This document shows, piece by piece, positions 16,466-25,886 of a DNA stretch of 64,000 nucleotides. Made by a program: the position numbers and the translations under genes. The DNA is taken from positions 2,570 to 66,569 of IMG/VR virus record IMGVR_UViG_3300021420_000028; one strand, written 5' to 3'. Numbering within the stretch: the first letter of the stretch is position 1; each line of letters begins with the position of its first letter. The DNA is from a virus. The notes below the pieces were generated by a model, which was not told the origin of the DNA, did not search any database, and saw only the letters and a list, made by a program, of their open reading frames with translations.

Positions 16466-18321
16466 ATTCAAAAGACAAGGGGCGAATCTGCCTCGGCGAG
16501 CATCTCTACGACGGGCAGATGCAGTTCATAACAGCCGTCTTTGACGCGCTGGAAGCGGACATCCATCACATTTATTGCCTCAAGAGCCGGCAGCTTGGCA
16601 TTTCTACGATCGTTCGCGCCTTGATCGCGTTCTACGTCGGCATCCACGACGGTCTCAAAGGCGCTTTGATCTTCGACACAAGTCCCCACAAGGAGAGCGC
16701 GCGCAAGGAGCTCGTCACGCTCATAAAGAACTTGCCGCGCAGCCTGCGCTTTCCGGAAGTTCAGGGGACCGGGTCGGGCAATCGCGAGAGCCTGACCCTG
16801 ATGAACGAGTCGGTGATCCTCTTCATGTCGGCCGGCGTCAAGGAGAGCAAGTCCAGCGGTACGCTGGGCCGCTCCGAGGGTTTGACCGTCGCGCATCTCA
16901 GCGAGCTTTGCTCGTACGAAAATCCTACTGGCATAAAAGCTCTGGAACAGTCGTTTTCTGACGAGCATCCAGATCGGCTTTACATTTATGAGTCGACCGC
17001 CCGCGGTTACAATATGTGGAAAACGATGTGGGATAAAGCGAAGGCCGACCCCCATCATTGCAAGTGTCTATTTCTCGGCTGGTTTTCGAAGCCTAGCCAG
17101 AGCATCCCACAAGAGCATGCTGATTTTCAATTGTATGGACTCGCCCCACCGACGACGGAAGAGGCGGTTCGGATCAAGGCAGTGAGGGACCAGTACGGCC
17201 ACGTCATAACGCCCGAGCAGCTGGCTTGGATTCGCAAGAAGGTGAATCCCGAGGTGAACGCCGAGAACGACTCGGCTGTTGAGGAAGACGACACGATCAT
17301 GCTTGCCGAGCAGGCCTGGACGGAAGAGGAGGCTTGGCAGCAGACGGGATCGGTATTTTTTGCCGGTGCCGACTTGACCGACATGACGAACAAGCATGTC
17401 AGTCGCAAGTTCAAGTCTTTTATGTTCCTGGCTGGCGAAGAGTTCGCCGACATGAAAATTTACCGGTCGGAGAATCCCCGGTCGACCGAGTTGAAGGTGT
17501 GGGAAGAACCAGCCCCGGAGGGTGTCTATGTCGCAGGAGTCGATCCCGCCTATGGAGAAAACGAGAACAACTGCAATTCTGCAATTCAAATCCTTCGATG
17601 CTATGCGGACGGGGTCGACCAAGTTGCTGAGTACGCTTGGCCTCTCCAAACAACACGTCATCTTGCATGGACCTTGGCGGCTATCTTGGGATGGTACGGC
17701 GCTAGTCCTAGAGCCGTTATCCGATACATCCTCGAACTCAACGGTCCCGGCACCGCCGTCTACAACGAAATAAAGGCGTTGAAGTTCTACATTGAGAACG
17801 CGACTTATGTTCAGAAGCCGCTGGAAGAACGCGGGCTCATGAATCTGTTTCAGAACGTCAAGACTTATATTTATACCCGTCCGGATTCGATGGGGCCGGG
17901 GTATAATTATCACTGGCTTACGAATACCCGTTTGAAGATCACGATCATGGAGCAGCTGCGCGACATCGCGTCTAACGGCAAGTTGCGCATCCGGTCCATG
18001 GATCTGATCGAGGAGATGCGGTCGATCTCGCGGGAAGGCGATTCGATCGGGGCGCCGTCGTCTATGCGCGACGACCGGGCGGTTGCAATGGCGCTCGCCA
18101 ATTATTATTGGATGACCAAGATTCGCCAGGGGCTGATCGGCGAGCGGCGCACCCGTGCTGCGGAGGAATCCCGGCAGCGGCTGTCGATAGTTGACCAGGT
18201 GACGCTTTTCAACCAGAATAGCTTGGAGACGTTTTTTGCGGCCAAGCAGGCGGGGCGGCGCCGAGATGCAGTTGCCGCCACTCGCAATGCCTGGCGCTAC
18301 GGAACGGGTCGGAGGTATTGA
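16390..18321 (+). CDS. terL: terminase large subunit
   Basis: LKSRQLGIST Walker A, AHLSE Walker B, ESTARG, GVDPA and DDRAVA nuclease acidic motifs. Confidence 0.92.
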   Translation: MAGWSEAKRDRVEAAFYAFLARCYINSKDKGRICLGEHLYDGQMQFITAVFDALEADIHHIYCLKSRQLGISTIVRALIAFYVGIHDGLKGALIFDTSPHKESARKELVTLIKNLPRSLRFPEVQGTGSGNRESLTLMNESVILFMSAGVKESKSSGTLGRSEGLTVAHLSELCSYENPTGIKALEQSFSDEHPDRLYIYESTARGYNMWKTMWDKAKADPHHCKCLFLGWFSKPSQSIPQEHADFQLYGLAPPTTEEAVRIKAVRDQYGHVITPEQLAWIRKKVNPEVNAENDSAVEEDDTIMLAEQAWTEEEAWQQTGSVFFAGADLTDMTNKHVSRKFKSFMFLAGEEFADMKIYRSENPRSTELKVWEEPAPEGVYVAGVDPAYGENENNCNSAIQILRCYADGVDQVAEYAWPLQTTRHLAWTLAAILGWYGASPRAVIRYILELNGPGTAVYNEIKALKFYIENATYVQKPLEERGLMNLFQNVKTYIYTRPDSMGPGYNYHWLTNTRLKITIMEQLRDIASNGKLRIRSMDLIEEMRSISREGDSIGAPSSMRDDRAVAMALANYYWMTKIRQGLIGERRTRAAEESRQRLSIVDQVTLFNQNSLETFFAAKQAGRRRDAVAATRNAWRYGTGRRY

Positions 18322-18322
18322 G

Positions 18323-18556
18323 GTGCTGAATCGTAGAACGTTGTTCGGTTTGCTTGCTGCGGTGCCGGTAGCGGTGCAAGAGGTTGTTAAGAATCCGCCA
18401 TGGGTGTTGCAAGAAATTGGCGGTGTTAAAGTCAGCACTTTGGTGCAAAATCGGGAAGAACTGTGGAACGGGTCTCCACGCCAGACTCATATGGATAAAG
18501 TTGTGGTTAACTCACTGATGGTGCAAGGTCAATTTACTGGCTTCGGCGGCCTGTAA
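18323..18556 (+). CDS. hypothetical protein with twin-arginine-like N-terminus
   Basis: MLNRRTLFGLLAAVPVAV; GGAGG RBS. Confidence 0.5.
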   Translation: MLNRRTLFGLLAAVPVAVQEVVKNPPWVLQEIGGVKVSTLVQNREELWNGSPRQTHMDKVVVNSLMVQGQFTGFGGL

Positions 18557-18572
18557 CAGGTCGGAGGCGTCG

Positions 18573-18785
18573 ATGGTGTCGAATCGCCTGCGCAAATTCG
18601 GAGAGTTGCTGTTTGGGGTTCGTTGGCAGACTGAGTTGGCGAAGGCGCTATCGGTCAGCGATCGTACGGTGCGACGTTGGCTTTCGGGGGATACGAAGGT
18701 GCCGCCAAGTGTAGATGAGGAGCTGAAAATCATGCTTGTGAAGCGTCGGGCAGCAATCGAGGAAGTGTTGATTCGGAGGTATTAG
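18573..18785 (+). CDS. XRE/Cro-type HTH protein
   Basis: WQTELAKALSVSDRTVRRWLSG; GGAGG RBS. Confidence 0.85.
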   Translation: MVSNRLRKFGELLFGVRWQTELAKALSVSDRTVRRWLSGDTKVPPSVDEELKIMLVKRRAAIEEVLIRRY

Positions 18786-18907
18786 TCGGCCGGATAATGA
18801 GGGCCGGAGCGGAGGTCCGACAACGGAAGGCGGGATGCGGGGCCTTCATACGTGGGGTTCTTTACCGTCACAATGCCGCTGATCCGCTCAACCATTATGG
18901 AGTCTTG

Positions 18908-19486
18908 ATGGCCGTCGTCATCCGTTGCCCTGCTTGCCGGACCAAGTTCCGGTGGCTCGCCGAGACTGAGGCGTATCCGTCCGATTGCCCGCAATGCGGG
19001 GCCTATGTAGGGCACGATCGCGCTGACGATGACGTCGTCATGCCAAATATCCTGAGTTTCTCGACGCGTTGCTCGGACGGCGTCTACAAGGCGATGGAGA
19101 AGGCGTCCCAGGAGCGGGTTTATCAGGCCGCCGAGATGGCGGGTTGCGACGCTTCCGACATGGCCGACCTCAAGATCACCAATCTCCGCGACAATATGAA
19201 GCAGGGCGAGATCGCTGCCATGCCGGTGGTTAACGACCTGACCAGGCACATGGATGCCATGCGGGCGAGAAATCCCAATGCGCATGTCGGCTTTGGTTCG
19301 GATCATAATTCGATCGCAATGGAGTATGCGGCTGGTGCCGCTACTGGACACATCGCTCAAGGCGTTCCCGGGTCGATTTTGCCGCGCCGGGGCGCACAGG
19401 TGGGAACGGCTTTGACATCTGCGCATGCGGAAAAGGCGGACGCCGTGTTGCAGGCATCGTACATGAGCAAGGGTTACCTTCGGTGA
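18908..19486 (+). CDS. zinc-ribbon protein
   Basis: CPAC...CPQC at the N-terminus; GGAG RBS; lies between terL and portal. Confidence 0.65.
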   Translation: MAVVIRCPACRTKFRWLAETEAYPSDCPQCGAYVGHDRADDDVVMPNILSFSTRCSDGVYKAMEKASQERVYQAAEMAGCDASDMADLKITNLRDNMKQGEIAAMPVVNDLTRHMDAMRARNPNAHVGFGSDHNSIAMEYAAGAATGHIAQGVPGSILPRRGAQVGTALTSAHAEKADAVLQASYMSKGYLR

Positions 19487-21228
19487 TAACGGTCCCCACC
19501 GACTACAACAAGCTTCTCCAATTCTCCCGCGACATGGTCGAGCAGTGCCGGGTCTCGTCGGCTTCACGGTCCGCTTATTACATGAGCCTCAATCAGATCG
19601 CCGAGACCGGCCGCTATGACGGCAACAAGGCGCTGATCAACAAGATCGACCCCCATCTTTCCCGAATCGCCGCTCACATTTTTTCCCCCGTCGAGTTGAA
19701 ATTCACGATCGATTACGACCGCATGCACCCGAGGCAGGATTTGGATCGGGCGCGCGTCGCGGCAATGCAGCTCACACGTCAATGGGATCGGACATCGACC
19801 GATATTTTGTATGGACGGGGCGTATTCGAGAGTCTCAAGTACGGGTGGTGCGGCGTCAAGCAGTGGCCGCAGTCCGAGGGGTCGGATGAAACTTATCGGC
19901 AGTACGCGCGCCTAGTCATGCCTTGGAATTTCGGCGTCTACAATGAGGCTGAGACTGACATTTCGCGGCAGATTGCTACTTGCGAAACGGTTGCATTGAC
20001 GCTTCCAGAGGTGTGGCGGCGCATCTGGCACCTTCCGAAAGCTGAGAAGCTGTTTGAGCGTATTCGAGCGCACGCGGCGCCGGGGCAGAGTCACGATGCC
20101 AACCAGTCGTTCTTCCATCAGGTGCTGTCGACCAACCAGATTCAGACGCAAAATCCCAACGGTTTCTCGGGGACTCTGCCCGGCGGCATGGTGAACGTAT
20201 CGAGCGGCGGCAGCTTCCAGATCATGGGGCCGCAGGTCGCCGCCGAGACGTGCACGATGCACGAGCTTTGGATTCAGGGACACGACGACTACGTCACGTT
20301 GCAGCTGATCGAGCCCGATATTCTGGTTTCGCCGCCCGTGATGGATGGCAAGGTGCTGAAGCACTCGAATTTGCTCGGGCTTCTCTCTCATCAGCAGCCG
20401 ATTCGGTCAATCCAAGTCAACGAGACCAGCGGCTGGTTCTGGGGCAAGAGCGAGTTGGTCAATCTGGCCGAACCGCAGTCGTTTCTTGCTGGCCTTCTGG
20501 ACGACATGCGGCGGCTGATCGGTCTGCAGGTCGACCGGATTCTGTTCTTCACCGGTGAGAACCGGATTACCGACGAGCTTTATGGGCAGATGCGGATGGC
20601 CGGTTTCGGCAGCAGCGACCCCAACATGAAGGTTGAGGATCTGACTCCACCGTTCTCGTCCGACCTGCTTCCCGTGATCAAGTTCGTAATCGAGCAGATG
20701 GATATTAACTCGGGTTTTCCGCCGATCATGCAGGGACAGGGTGAGCAGGGGGTCCGAGCGGGCTCGCATGCGGGCACGCTGATGAAGACGGCTTCGCCCA
20801 CGTTGCGTGATCGCGCCCTGATCGCCGAGCGCAACTGCGCGGTTGCCGCCGATCTCACGATGGAGATCAAGGAGGCCAAGGACGATTCGACCTATTGGAC
20901 GAAGGCCGACACCATTCAAGATGTGCGGCAGACCGAGTTCAAGCTCATGGACTTGCCCGACGATTGGCGCGTCACCGTGGACTCGCATTCGTCCAGCCCG
21001 ATCTTCAGCGACGAGAATGCGCAGCTGATCTTGGCCGCTCATGCAAAAGGACTGGTTCAGACCGAGTACGTGCTCAACAACATGCCGTTCCCTAATCGGG
21101 AGGACGCCCTGGCTCAGAACCGCGAGGCGGATAAGAACAAGCAGGCGATGATCCGGCAGTTGATGCAGGATAATCCGGAGGCGGCCGAGAAGGTGCTGGC
21201 GAAGACGCTGGGAGGGGGAAGAAGGTAA
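19483..21228 (+). CDS. portal protein
   Basis: 581 aa, helical, located between terminase and scaffold/capsid. Position- and size-based inference. Confidence 0.7.
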   Translation: MITVPTDYNKLLQFSRDMVEQCRVSSASRSAYYMSLNQIAETGRYDGNKALINKIDPHLSRIAAHIFSPVELKFTIDYDRMHPRQDLDRARVAAMQLTRQWDRTSTDILYGRGVFESLKYGWCGVKQWPQSEGSDETYRQYARLVMPWNFGVYNEAETDISRQIATCETVALTLPEVWRRIWHLPKAEKLFERIRAHAAPGQSHDANQSFFHQVLSTNQIQTQNPNGFSGTLPGGMVNVSSGGSFQIMGPQVAAETCTMHELWIQGHDDYVTLQLIEPDILVSPPVMDGKVLKHSNLLGLLSHQQPIRSIQVNETSGWFWGKSELVNLAEPQSFLAGLLDDMRRLIGLQVDRILFFTGENRITDELYGQMRMAGFGSSDPNMKVEDLTPPFSSDLLPVIKFVIEQMDINSGFPPIMQGQGEQGVRAGSHAGTLMKTASPTLRDRALIAERNCAVAADLTMEIKEAKDDSTYWTKADTIQDVRQTEFKLMDLPDDWRVTVDSHSSSPIFSDENAQLILAAHAKGLVQTEYVLNNMPFPNREDALAQNREADKNKQAMIRQLMQDNPEAAEKVLAKTLGGGRR

Positions 21229-21339
21229 GCGGCGACACCCTCTCTCGGGTCCGGACCTTCGACCGAAGTCGCACCGGTATTTAGCGCGTCACACCACTCG
21301 GGTACACTAGTATCGCCCTCGGCAGGTGTCGCCGGTTCG

Positions 21340-21750
21340 TTAAGCTGGAAACCTCCCGTTAGGCGAAAATCCCGTCGGCATAGGCTGCATGATCGGCATC
21401 CCGCCTTGCGCGCGGCGGCGCGCTTGCGCCAGTACCGGATCGCTGTCGGCGATCTCCGCGCCTTTTGCTTGCGTGCGCGCTTGATGCAGGGCGCGTTCGA
21501 TGTGGGCGAGCTTGGATTGCTCCATGTTTTCGAGCATAAAACCATGAAGACTTTCCGTTGTTACCTCGGCGATCTGGCCGAAATCGTCTTTAAGTGAAAC
21601 GGCGCTGATCGGCGAAAAATTGGTATCTTTGCCGCGCGCTTGCAATATGGAGCGAACGGCTAAAGCTGCGTCTTCTGCTGCTTCCTCCGTCTTGAACATC
21701 AACGTCCACACCATCGGACCGGGTCCGAAAACGATCGTCAGGCTGAACAT
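21340..21750 (-). CDS. hypothetical protein
   Basis: GAGG RBS; coupled to the upstream HTH gene on the - strand. Confidence 0.65.
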   Translation of the reverse strand: MFSLTIVFGPGPMVWTLMFKTEEAAEDAALAVRSILQARGKDTNFSPISAVSLKDDFGQIAEVTTESLHGFMLENMEQSKLAHIERALHQARTQAKGAEIADSDPVLAQARRRAQGGMPIMQPMPTGFSPNGRFPA

Positions 21751-21938
21751 TTTTTATCCTCGTTTGTTTCGATCCACTTCTCGTACCAGTCCTTCCGGAT
21801 CAGGTAGCGCGCTCCGTAGCGTTTGAATTGAGGCCCGTCGCCGCGGCGCAGGATGCGCCTGAAGGCGTCGTAATGCACGCCCATGTCGGCGCAGATTTGT
21901 TTGGGTGTAAGCCACCGTTTCGACAGGACATCGACCAT
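21738..21938 (-). CDS. AlpA/excisionase-like HTH protein
   Basis: WLTPKQICADMGVH...GDGPQF.R.GARYLI...WI. Confidence 0.8.
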   Translation of the reverse strand: MVDVLSKRWLTPKQICADMGVHYDAFRRILRRGDGPQFKRYGARYLIRKDWYEKWIETNEDKKCSA

Positions 21939-22070
21939 GTTGGCTGAACCTACCCGCTTTTACGACCTGTTGCAACCCTCTGCGGTCTTATCAAACCACG
22001 TAGGTCGATCTCGCCAAGCGTCGGATACTCCATCTGTTTTGGACCAACCCCTCACACTAGGAGATCTTCA

Positions 22071-22112
22071 ATGATCCGTAATCGTCGGCGAGGGCGCAAG
22101 GGCCGCCACTAA
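22071..22112 (+). CDS. 13-aa Arg-rich micropeptide MIRNRRRGRKGRH
   Basis: AGGAG RBS 7 nt upstream; TAATG coupling to 22112. Confidence 0.6.
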   Translation: MIRNRRRGRKGRH

Positions 22113-22522
22113 TGCCCGAGCCCGTTCCTGCAGGGTCGGGGCTTCCCCGGCCACAACAGACGCAATCGCCCCCGATGGGTGTCAGCCCGGCAACGGGTCC
22201 GACTCCCAACAAGGGGTACGAGGCGGCTGCCATGCAGCGGCTGGGCTTAGTGATCAAGCAACTTACTGACATCTTGCCGCTGGCGGGCGCGACGTCCGAC
22301 ATCGGCAAGACCGTTCTTGATGTTCTCGGCAAGCTCGCCAAGCACGTTCCGGCGGGGTCGAACACGCAGGCGTCCGAGCGCAATGCGATCGATCAGATGG
22401 CCATGAAGAACGCGCAGGCTGCGCAGACCAATAAGACGCTGCAGCAGCCGCAAGGCCAACAGGGCGGGCAGCCGCCTGGTGGCGGCCAAGGCATGCCGCT
22501 CGGCATGGGGATGGCCGCATGA
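22112..22522 (+). CDS. hypothetical head-module protein (Pro/Gln/Gly-rich)
   Basis: Lies between portal and scaffold. Confidence 0.65.
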   Translation: MPEPVPAGSGLPRPQQTQSPPMGVSPATGPTPNKGYEAAAMQRLGLVIKQLTDILPLAGATSDIGKTVLDVLGKLAKHVPAGSNTQASERNAIDQMAMKNAQAAQTNKTLQQPQGQQGGQPPGGGQGMPLGMGMAA

Positions 22523-22728
22523 ACCTTTTTGAAGACAAGACGCCGATGCCGGACAACGCGCATGTCAAGCGCGCGGGTGGCGATACGGTGTTTCTTGGAC
22601 CGGCGCCGCCGCGCAGCGATGCGCCCGTGCGCGTCTCGCAGACGCTGCAGGAGCGCTACGCTGATCGAGCCGATGATGCTCAGAGCGTCGTCAACGTCAT
22701 TCGCCCGCGTCGCGGGCACGGTTATTGA
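22519..22728 (+). CDS. hypothetical protein
   Basis: ATGA-coupled. Confidence 0.55.
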   Translation: MNLFEDKTPMPDNAHVKRAGGDTVFLGPAPPRSDAPVRVSQTLQERYADRADDAQSVVNVIRPRRGHGY

Positions 22729-22740
22729 GGAGCCTGGCTC

Positions 22741-23250
22741 ATGCCCGTCACCGATCTCGACACCTTGATTGCGAAATTGAAAGATCCTGGCGTCGATGCG
22801 CACGATCTGGATTCGCGCGTCCTGGCCGCCGGTCTTGAAGATCTTCGCAATCGTGTGAGTCATGCGGAGTATTCGCAGCTCAAGGCGCTCTCGCAGGCGC
22901 GAATTAATGCCGACCGGCTCACGGCTGTCGAGGCAGGCACTGCTGCTTTGACGAACGATAACGTCGAGTTCCGACGGTCGGTCAACGATGCGACCAAGCT
23001 GCCGCACGAGCATGCCGAGAAGCTGACGGAGCTGGAAGGGCGAGTCCGCGCTTGCGAGGGCGCGGTTGGAGCGGCTCCTTACAAGGTTCCGAAGCCGATC
23101 GAGCCGGTTTCGGTTGAGCCGGCCAAGGTAGAGGCGCCGAAAGCGCCGTTTTACCCAAAGACTGAAACGACGTCTGCACCGCCCGCGCCGAAACCGTCCG
23201 TTCCGCCTCCCGTCAGTCCCGCGGCGCAAAAGCCGCCGACCCCGATGTAA
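22741..23250 (+). CDS. hypothetical coiled-coil protein, Pro-rich tail
   Basis: GAGGAG RBS. Confidence 0.65.
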   Translation: MPVTDLDTLIAKLKDPGVDAHDLDSRVLAAGLEDLRNRVSHAEYSQLKALSQARINADRLTAVEAGTAALTNDNVEFRRSVNDATKLPHEHAEKLTELEGRVRACEGAVGAAPYKVPKPIEPVSVEPAKVEAPKAPFYPKTETTSAPPAPKPSVPPPVSPAAQKPPTPM

Positions 23251-23262
23251 AGGATTCAGCCG

Positions 23263-23442
23263 ATGGACCTCTTCCACAACCCCGCCAAATCGATCCCGAC
23301 TTCGGACGAGCAGATCGTGCGCGTCGGGATGGAGCAGGACGACATCCAGGGTCGCAAGTCGCACTTGCCGGCGCAGATGAAGTCGGGCGCGCTCACCATC
23401 AGCCACGTGCCGAATGCCGGCACCAGCATCGGGACCAAGTAA
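23263..23442 (+). CDS. hypothetical protein (59 aa)
   Basis: MDLFHNPAKSIPTSDEQIVRVG...; AAGGA RBS; fills the gap before the scaffold. Confidence 0.6.
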   Translation: MDLFHNPAKSIPTSDEQIVRVGMEQDDIQGRKSHLPAQMKSGALTISHVPNAGTSIGTK

Positions 23443-24045
23443 GTGCCACAAGTCGAGATCGACGAAACCGAGTTGCTGCGGCTGCGCCGGACGGGCGAGA
23501 CCGTTGGCGCCATGCTCAAGTCGCCGAGCGCCAAGCGCAAGCTGCTTGAGGCGCTCAAGGACGTCCATCCGGAAGATCCCGCGGTCAAGGAGCTTGAACG
23601 TCCCGATCCGACCGAGGATCGGTTTTCCAAGCTGGAGCGCGAACTCGCCGAGGAGCGCAAGGCGCGCGCGGATGCCGAAGCCGAGCGCGAGAAGAATTCC
23701 AAGCTGGACGATATCCGGCGCGAGCAGGCGGAAGGCTTCGACAAGCTGAAGCGTGCCAGGTGGACGGATGACGGGATCGCCAAGGTCAAGGCGGTCATGG
23801 AGGAAAAGGGGATTCTCGACGTCGCCATCGCGGCGACGTGGATCGAGAGCCAGATGCCCCCGGTCGCGGAGCCGGTCATGCCTGGTGGGCACGGCGCATG
23901 GAATTTCCAGGATTCGCTCACTGACGGCGATGTCGATCTCAAGAAGCTGATCGAGGCGAAGGGCGAGAATGAGGGCCTTTTGCGCAAGATGGCCGGCGAG
24001 GCGATTGCGGAAGTCAGGGGTTCGGTGCTGGGGGCGAGGCGGTAA
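23443..24045 (+). CDS. capsid scaffolding protein (putative)
   Basis: Highly charged coiled-coil protein upstream of the major capsid gene. Confidence 0.6.
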   Translation: MPQVEIDETELLRLRRTGETVGAMLKSPSAKRKLLEALKDVHPEDPAVKELERPDPTEDRFSKLERELAEERKARADAEAEREKNSKLDDIRREQAEGFDKLKRARWTDDGIAKVKAVMEEKGILDVAIAATWIESQMPPVAEPVMPGGHGAWNFQDSLTDGDVDLKKLIEAKGENEGLLRKMAGEAIAEVRGSVLGARR

Positions 24046-24119
24046 CAATGTGCTTGCGTTCGACATATGAGCAGCCTAGTGTGGGGACGGTTAAACCCGT
24101 TTTCCATAGGAGTCTTCTC

Positions 24120-24815
24120 ATGACGCGGATGACGCTCGAACGAGTTACGCTGACCTGTATGAATTGCCAGCAAGAATTCTCAGTTAACGGCGCGCAGGCG
24201 AAAGCTTATGAAGCGCGTCAAGGCAAGGTCCGAAAGTATTGTTCTTCCGAGTGTTTTAACGTGCACAGGAAGATTCCGATTCCGACTTTTAACTGTGCTC
24301 ATTGCGGTAAGCTGACTGAACGAAAAGGTTATAAGAACGCAAAGGGTTCGTTTGGCATTTTCAACTATAAAACTAAGTTCTGTTCGATTAGCTGTTCGGC
24401 CAAGGCGCAGTTTCGAAGAAAAGATTTCGGTGTCGGACGAATTGATAAGTGCGGTTATCGCTTGTTGAAGCGCGGCGGGCGCTACGTTCCTGAGCATCGG
24501 CTCGTGATGGAAGCGCATATTGGGCGCTTGCTGCGTTCCGAAGAAACCGTTCACCATATTAACGGCCTGAAGTTGGATAACAGGCTAGAAAATTTGGAAC
24601 TTTGGGCCGCGAATCACGGCAAAGGGCAGCGAGTTTCCGATCAAGTGGCGTGGGCGATCGAGGTACTTAAGAATTATCCCGAATACGCTCGCGAGCGAGG
24701 GTTCGAGATTCAGCCTGTGAAATCAGAGGGTTCGACATCCGCTGTCCCTCCGGCAATCTTGCACATTTCAGAAACGGAATCTGCGTACGTTTCTGGTTGT
24801 GCCGGAATAACTTAA
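24120..24815 (+). CDS. HNH homing endonuclease with Zn-finger repeats
   Basis: CxxC...YCSxxC repeats; EHRLVME..IGR.L...[19 protein letters not shown]. Confidence 0.9.
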   Translation: MTRMTLERVTLTCMNCQQEFSVNGAQAKAYEARQGKVRKYCSSECFNVHRKIPIPTFNCAHCGKLTERKGYKNAKGSFGIFNYKTKFCSISCSAKAQFRRKDFGVGRIDKCGYRLLKRGGRYVPEHRLVMEAHIGRLLRSEETVHHINGLKLDNRLENLELWAANHGKGQRVSDQVAWAIEVLKNYPEYARERGFEIQPVKSEGSTSAVPPAILHISETESAYVSGCAGIT

Positions 24816-24828
24816 ATAGGAGGCTAGA

Positions 24829-25872
24829 TTGCCACTTCCGGGCATCGGTGTCGCGCCCCCAGCCGGGTCATTATACACCGAACTAACAGCCGCGACACGT
24901 CGTGCTTATGTGCCAAGGCTCTTTGTACAGATATATTTCGCAAGTCCTTCGTTATTTTACCTGACCGGCAATGCGCAGCGCGCTGCGGGTGGACTGAATC
25001 AGATCACAGTACCCATGCAAGGCCAAAGCATGGTCCAAGGCCAGTTCACCGGCTACGGCGGCGGCTTCAATTCTCCCAACGTCACTCCCGGCGTGCAAAA
25101 CGGGCAGTGGAACTTGGCTTACTGGGTCGTTCCCGTTCCGCTCCCCTTCGGCGAATCCGTGCTTCAAGCGACCGATCGCGAGATCAGCCTGCTCAAGGCG
25201 CGCATGAATGACGTTTACGCGGTGACGCGCCAGAATATGGCGCGTTTGCTTTACACCAATAACTCGTCCAATTCCCTCTTCCCGAACAGCTTCCTCGATG
25301 CCTTTGACAATGGGACCAATTTCCCGAATTACGGCGGTATCAGCCGCAACGCTGCTGGCAACTCGGCCTTCAAGGGCCAGTACATCAACATGGGCGCGAA
25401 TACCTACACGACGGTGTCGACGTCCGGCTTTACCCGCGCGACGATGGCTACGCTGCTGGCAAACATTACCGACAGCGCTGGCGGCGAGGCGCCGACTTAC
25501 GGGGTCATGAATCCCGGCGACTTCGCGACTCTGAACAAGGACTTCGTCTCGAACGAAACCGCGTTCGTGGATCCGGGCGGCAACTATTCGATGGACACCA
25601 GCCGCCGGACCAGCTTCCCGAACCTGAATGTCAGCGGCATCCCGATCTTCGCCGACCATTTCGTGCCGCAGGGACAGGCGTTCTTTCCCAATGTCAAGTA
25701 CACGGCGATGTACCTGTCCGAGGACGCCGCGTTCGACTTCAGCGGGTTCTACTCGCTGGTCCCCTTGGGGCAGATCGGCCAGCAAGGCGTCGTCGTGGTC
25801 GGCTACAACCTCGTCTCAGCGAAGTCGAGTTCGGGCGCAATAGCCTACAATATTGGCGCGAATTCGTTTTAA
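24829..25872 (+). CDS. major capsid protein (TTG start)
   Basis: 347 aa after the scaffold; AGGAGG RBS; C-terminal GIPIFADHFVP..AFF.N resembles HK97-fold capsid C-termini. Confidence 0.75.
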   Translation: MPLPGIGVAPPAGSLYTELTAATRRAYVPRLFVQIYFASPSLFYLTGNAQRAAGGLNQITVPMQGQSMVQGQFTGYGGGFNSPNVTPGVQNGQWNLAYWVVPVPLPFGESVLQATDREISLLKARMNDVYAVTRQNMARLLYTNNSSNSLFPNSFLDAFDNGTNFPNYGGISRNAAGNSAFKGQYINMGANTYTTVSTSGFTRATMATLLANITDSAGGEAPTYGVMNPGDFATLNKDFVSNETAFVDPGGNYSMDTSRRTSFPNLNVSGIPIFADHFVPQGQAFFPNVKYTAMYLSEDAAFDFSGFYSLVPLGQIGQQGVVVVGYNLVSAKSSSGAIAYNIGANSF

Positions 25873-25886
25873 AAAGGAGCGCCCTG

